Positions 18,017 to 20,000 of a DNA stretch of 20,000 bases are shown in pieces (position 1 is the stretch's first letter; every line of letters starts with the position of its first letter). Source of the stretch: an uncultured virus (IMG/VR IMGVR_UViG_3300027847_001767). Its lineage: Duplodnaviria; Heunggongvirae; Uroviricota; Caudoviricetes. Made by a program: the position numbers and the translations under genes. The notes under the pieces are model-generated. The model worked only from the letters and a program-made list of their open reading frames with translations, searched no databases and was not told where the DNA came from. Location: IMG/VR virus record IMGVR_UViG_3300027847_001767; one strand, written 5' to 3'.

Positions 18017-20000
18017 AACTAGATAAACTGTTAAAACAACTTAATCCTGAACAAAGACATGCTGTAGATAAAATAGATGGCCCCGTTATGGTTATAGCTG
18101 GACCAGGAACAGGCAAAACAACTCTCTTGTCAGCTAGGGTAGGGAATATAATGCAAGAAACAGATACCGACCCTCACAATATCTTATGCTTGACCTTCTC
18201 AGAATCGGGGCGTATGGCTATGAAGGATCGCTTGGTTAATCTTTTTGGTCCTATTGGTCATAGAATCCATGTTTACACCTTTCACGGCTTTGCAAACAAG
18301 GTATTACAAGAGAATACACACCTCATAGGCATTCAGGACATGCAACCTGCCACCGAATTGCAGAAAACAATGGTGATGTCAGAGATTATAGATTCAACAC
18401 CTATACACTCTCCTTTGCGTAGTAGGGGAGATATGTACTACTATCAAAGACCAATGAGGCATTTGTTTCATTTGATGAAATCTGAGAATTGGACGAGGGA
18501 ACACATTATGTTTTCTATAAAGGATCATCAAGAATCGCTTGAACATAGAGAAGAGTTTAGATACAAAAGAGCAAACAAGAAACTAGGGATACAGGTAGGA
18601 GACATCAAAGAAGCTGCGGTATCAGCAGAAATGGACAAGATGGGGAAGGTATTACACGCGGTTGAATATTTTGATGCTTACAATACAAAGATGAAAGAGC
18701 ACAGAATCTATGACTTTGACGATATGTTAGGATTTGCAGTCAATTCTTTTGAGAAGTATTCTTATATGCTCAATAGATACCAGGAACAGTATTTATACTT
18801 TCTGGTTGATGAATTTCAAGACACCAACGGTATCCAATTTAAATTACTCAATCAACTGACTTCGTATTGGGGTCGGAAGGCCAATGTATTTGTGGTGGGT
18901 GACGACGATCAGAGTGTTTACGAGTTCCAGGGTGCTAGAATACAAAACATAACTGATTTTGCAAATTCTTATCCCGAGATAGAAACAATTCACTTAAAAG
19001 TCAATTACAGGTCGAGACAGAATATAATAGATCTTTCTACTAATGTAATTACTAAGAATGTAGACAGGCTATCGAATGCGTTAAGATTTGAGAAGAAGTT
19101 TACATCATCTTCAAAAGAGAGGGCTCATATAGGCTGTTACAATTTTGAGAACGAGAATCAAGAACTATGTTACTTACTGGATGTAATAGAAACACATGAC
19201 AACCCCTCTGAACTAGCTATCATCTATTCTAAGCACTCTCAAGCAGAGAGGTTGATAAAGTTGTTAGATGCTAAAGATATACCGTATAGGACCTCTAGAA
19301 AGGTTAATGTCCTACATACGGGAGTGTTTCAGATGATGATGGAGCTATTAGAATTGTTTTCTTCTGACATTATTCCTAATCATCTGGCTTGGAAGTACAT
19401 GTCTTATCCTTTCACCGACCACAAAGAAGAACTAAAAAGCCTGGAACGTAACTGGACTGAGCGATTATTAGCACAAGAAGACTTCTATATGCTGTATAGT
19501 TTAATGAGAGGGTACGAAACTTCGTCCGTATTCAGTGATTTTGCTGAAAAGGTAGGAATACTTAGTGGACTGTTAGATTGGAGCAAACAGAGCATTAGAG
19601 AGTATAGTGCGTATAAAACTATGATGTCATTCTTTATAGAGAACACAAAATCTAATGGTGGGTTGGATTTTAAAGGATTAAAGCGCTTGGTTGATAAGAT
19701 GGAAGAGAATAATATCAGTCTTCCCGTTGAATATATCGATTCAGACGAGAAAGGGGTAACTCTTACTACTTCCCATGCGTGTAAGGGATTAGAGTTTGAT
19801 GATGTTTTCATGATGGACTGTGGTAAGAGATGGGAACCAGGTAGATCTCATGGTGGAAAGTTTTCTTTGCCTCCTACTTTGACTCATTCCAATATAGACA
19901 CAACAGAAGAGGCAGCCAGGAGAGCATTCTATGTATCAATGACAAGGGCCAGGAAGTTTTTAGTTATGACTTATTCCGGTATAGAGAGATGCTTATTCTT
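18013..20000 (+). CDS. UvrD/PcrA-family SF1 DNA helicase, 3'-truncated (absent from the ORF track)
   Basis: LNPEQ..AV, IAGPGTGKT, ILCLTFS, TFHGF, LVDEFQD, VGDDDQSVY.FQGA, NYRS, SHACKGLEF and FYVSMTRA in one frame, open to the window end. Confidence 0.95.
   Translation, partial: MKLDKLLKQLNPEQRHAVDKIDGPVMVIAGPGTGKTTLLSARVGNIMQETDTDPHNILCLTFSESGRMAMKDRLVNLFGPIGHRIHVYTFHGFANKVLQENTHLIGIQDMQPATELQKTMVMSEIIDSTPIHSPLRSRGDMYYYQRPMRHLFHLMKSENWTREHIMFSIKDHQESLEHREEFRYKRANKKLGIQVGDIKEAAVSAEMDKMGKVLHAVEYFDAYNTKMKEHRIYDFDDMLGFAVNSFEKYSYMLNRYQEQYLYFLVDEFQDTNGIQFKLLNQLTSYWGRKANVFVVGDDDQSVYEFQGARIQNITDFANSYPEIETIHLKVNYRSRQNIIDLSTNVITKNVDRLSNALRFEKKFTSSSKERAHIGCYNFENENQELCYLLDVIETHDNPSELAIIYSKHSQAERLIKLLDAKDIPYRTSRKVNVLHTGVFQMMMELLELFSSDIIPNHLAWKYMSYPFTDHKEELKSLERNWTERLLAQEDFYMLYSLMRGYETSSVFSDFAEKVGILSGLLDWSKQSIREYSAYKTMMSFFIENTKSNGGLDFKGLKRLVDKMEENNISLPVEYIDSDEKGVTLTTSHACKGLEFDDVFMMDCGKRWEPGRSHGGKFSLPPTLTHSNIDTTEEAARRAFYVSMTRARKFLVMTYSGIERCLF

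Noticed and set aside
184..19811. Short antisense or alternate-frame ORFs nested in long genes (184, 266, 2034, 5307, 6130, 6515, 6971, 8224, 8593, 12781, 16900, 19485)
   Set aside because: They lie within or opposite well-supported genes and show no recognisable motifs.

Overview
The window looks like part of a Bacteroidota phage or prophage; every credible gene is on the + strand. Gene starts are A-rich without Shine-Dalgarno sites, there is a TAnnTTTG promoter element, and signal peptides are followed by Gln. Domain style suggests a Saprospiraceae/Chitinophagales-like host (inference). From left to right: (1) the end of an LPD38-like large virion/polyvalent protein; (2) an ~11 kb four-gene block, with a candidate promoter and two terminators, in which all proteins carry Sec signal peptides: a holin-like membrane protein, a ~2160-aa S8 protease-Cys-rich/SprB-repeat giant, a 1171-aa SprB/SdrD-B adhesin-like protein and a 148-aa beta protein; (3) a replication/recombination module: initiator-like protein, DnaB, catalytic-only tyrosine recombinase, ArsR, RuvC-like, NinG, amidase endolysin, PolB-type exonuclease and a partial UvrD helicase. 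Main findings: a 504-bp two-gene cassette (DUF6948-like gene plus an uncalled 54-aa (Ser-X)n peptide) bounded by perfect 21-bp direct repeats between ninG and the endolysin; a T9 tract that puts the giant protease's signal peptide out of frame; and exported proteins rich in O-glycosylation sequons with no recognisable T9SS sorting domain.
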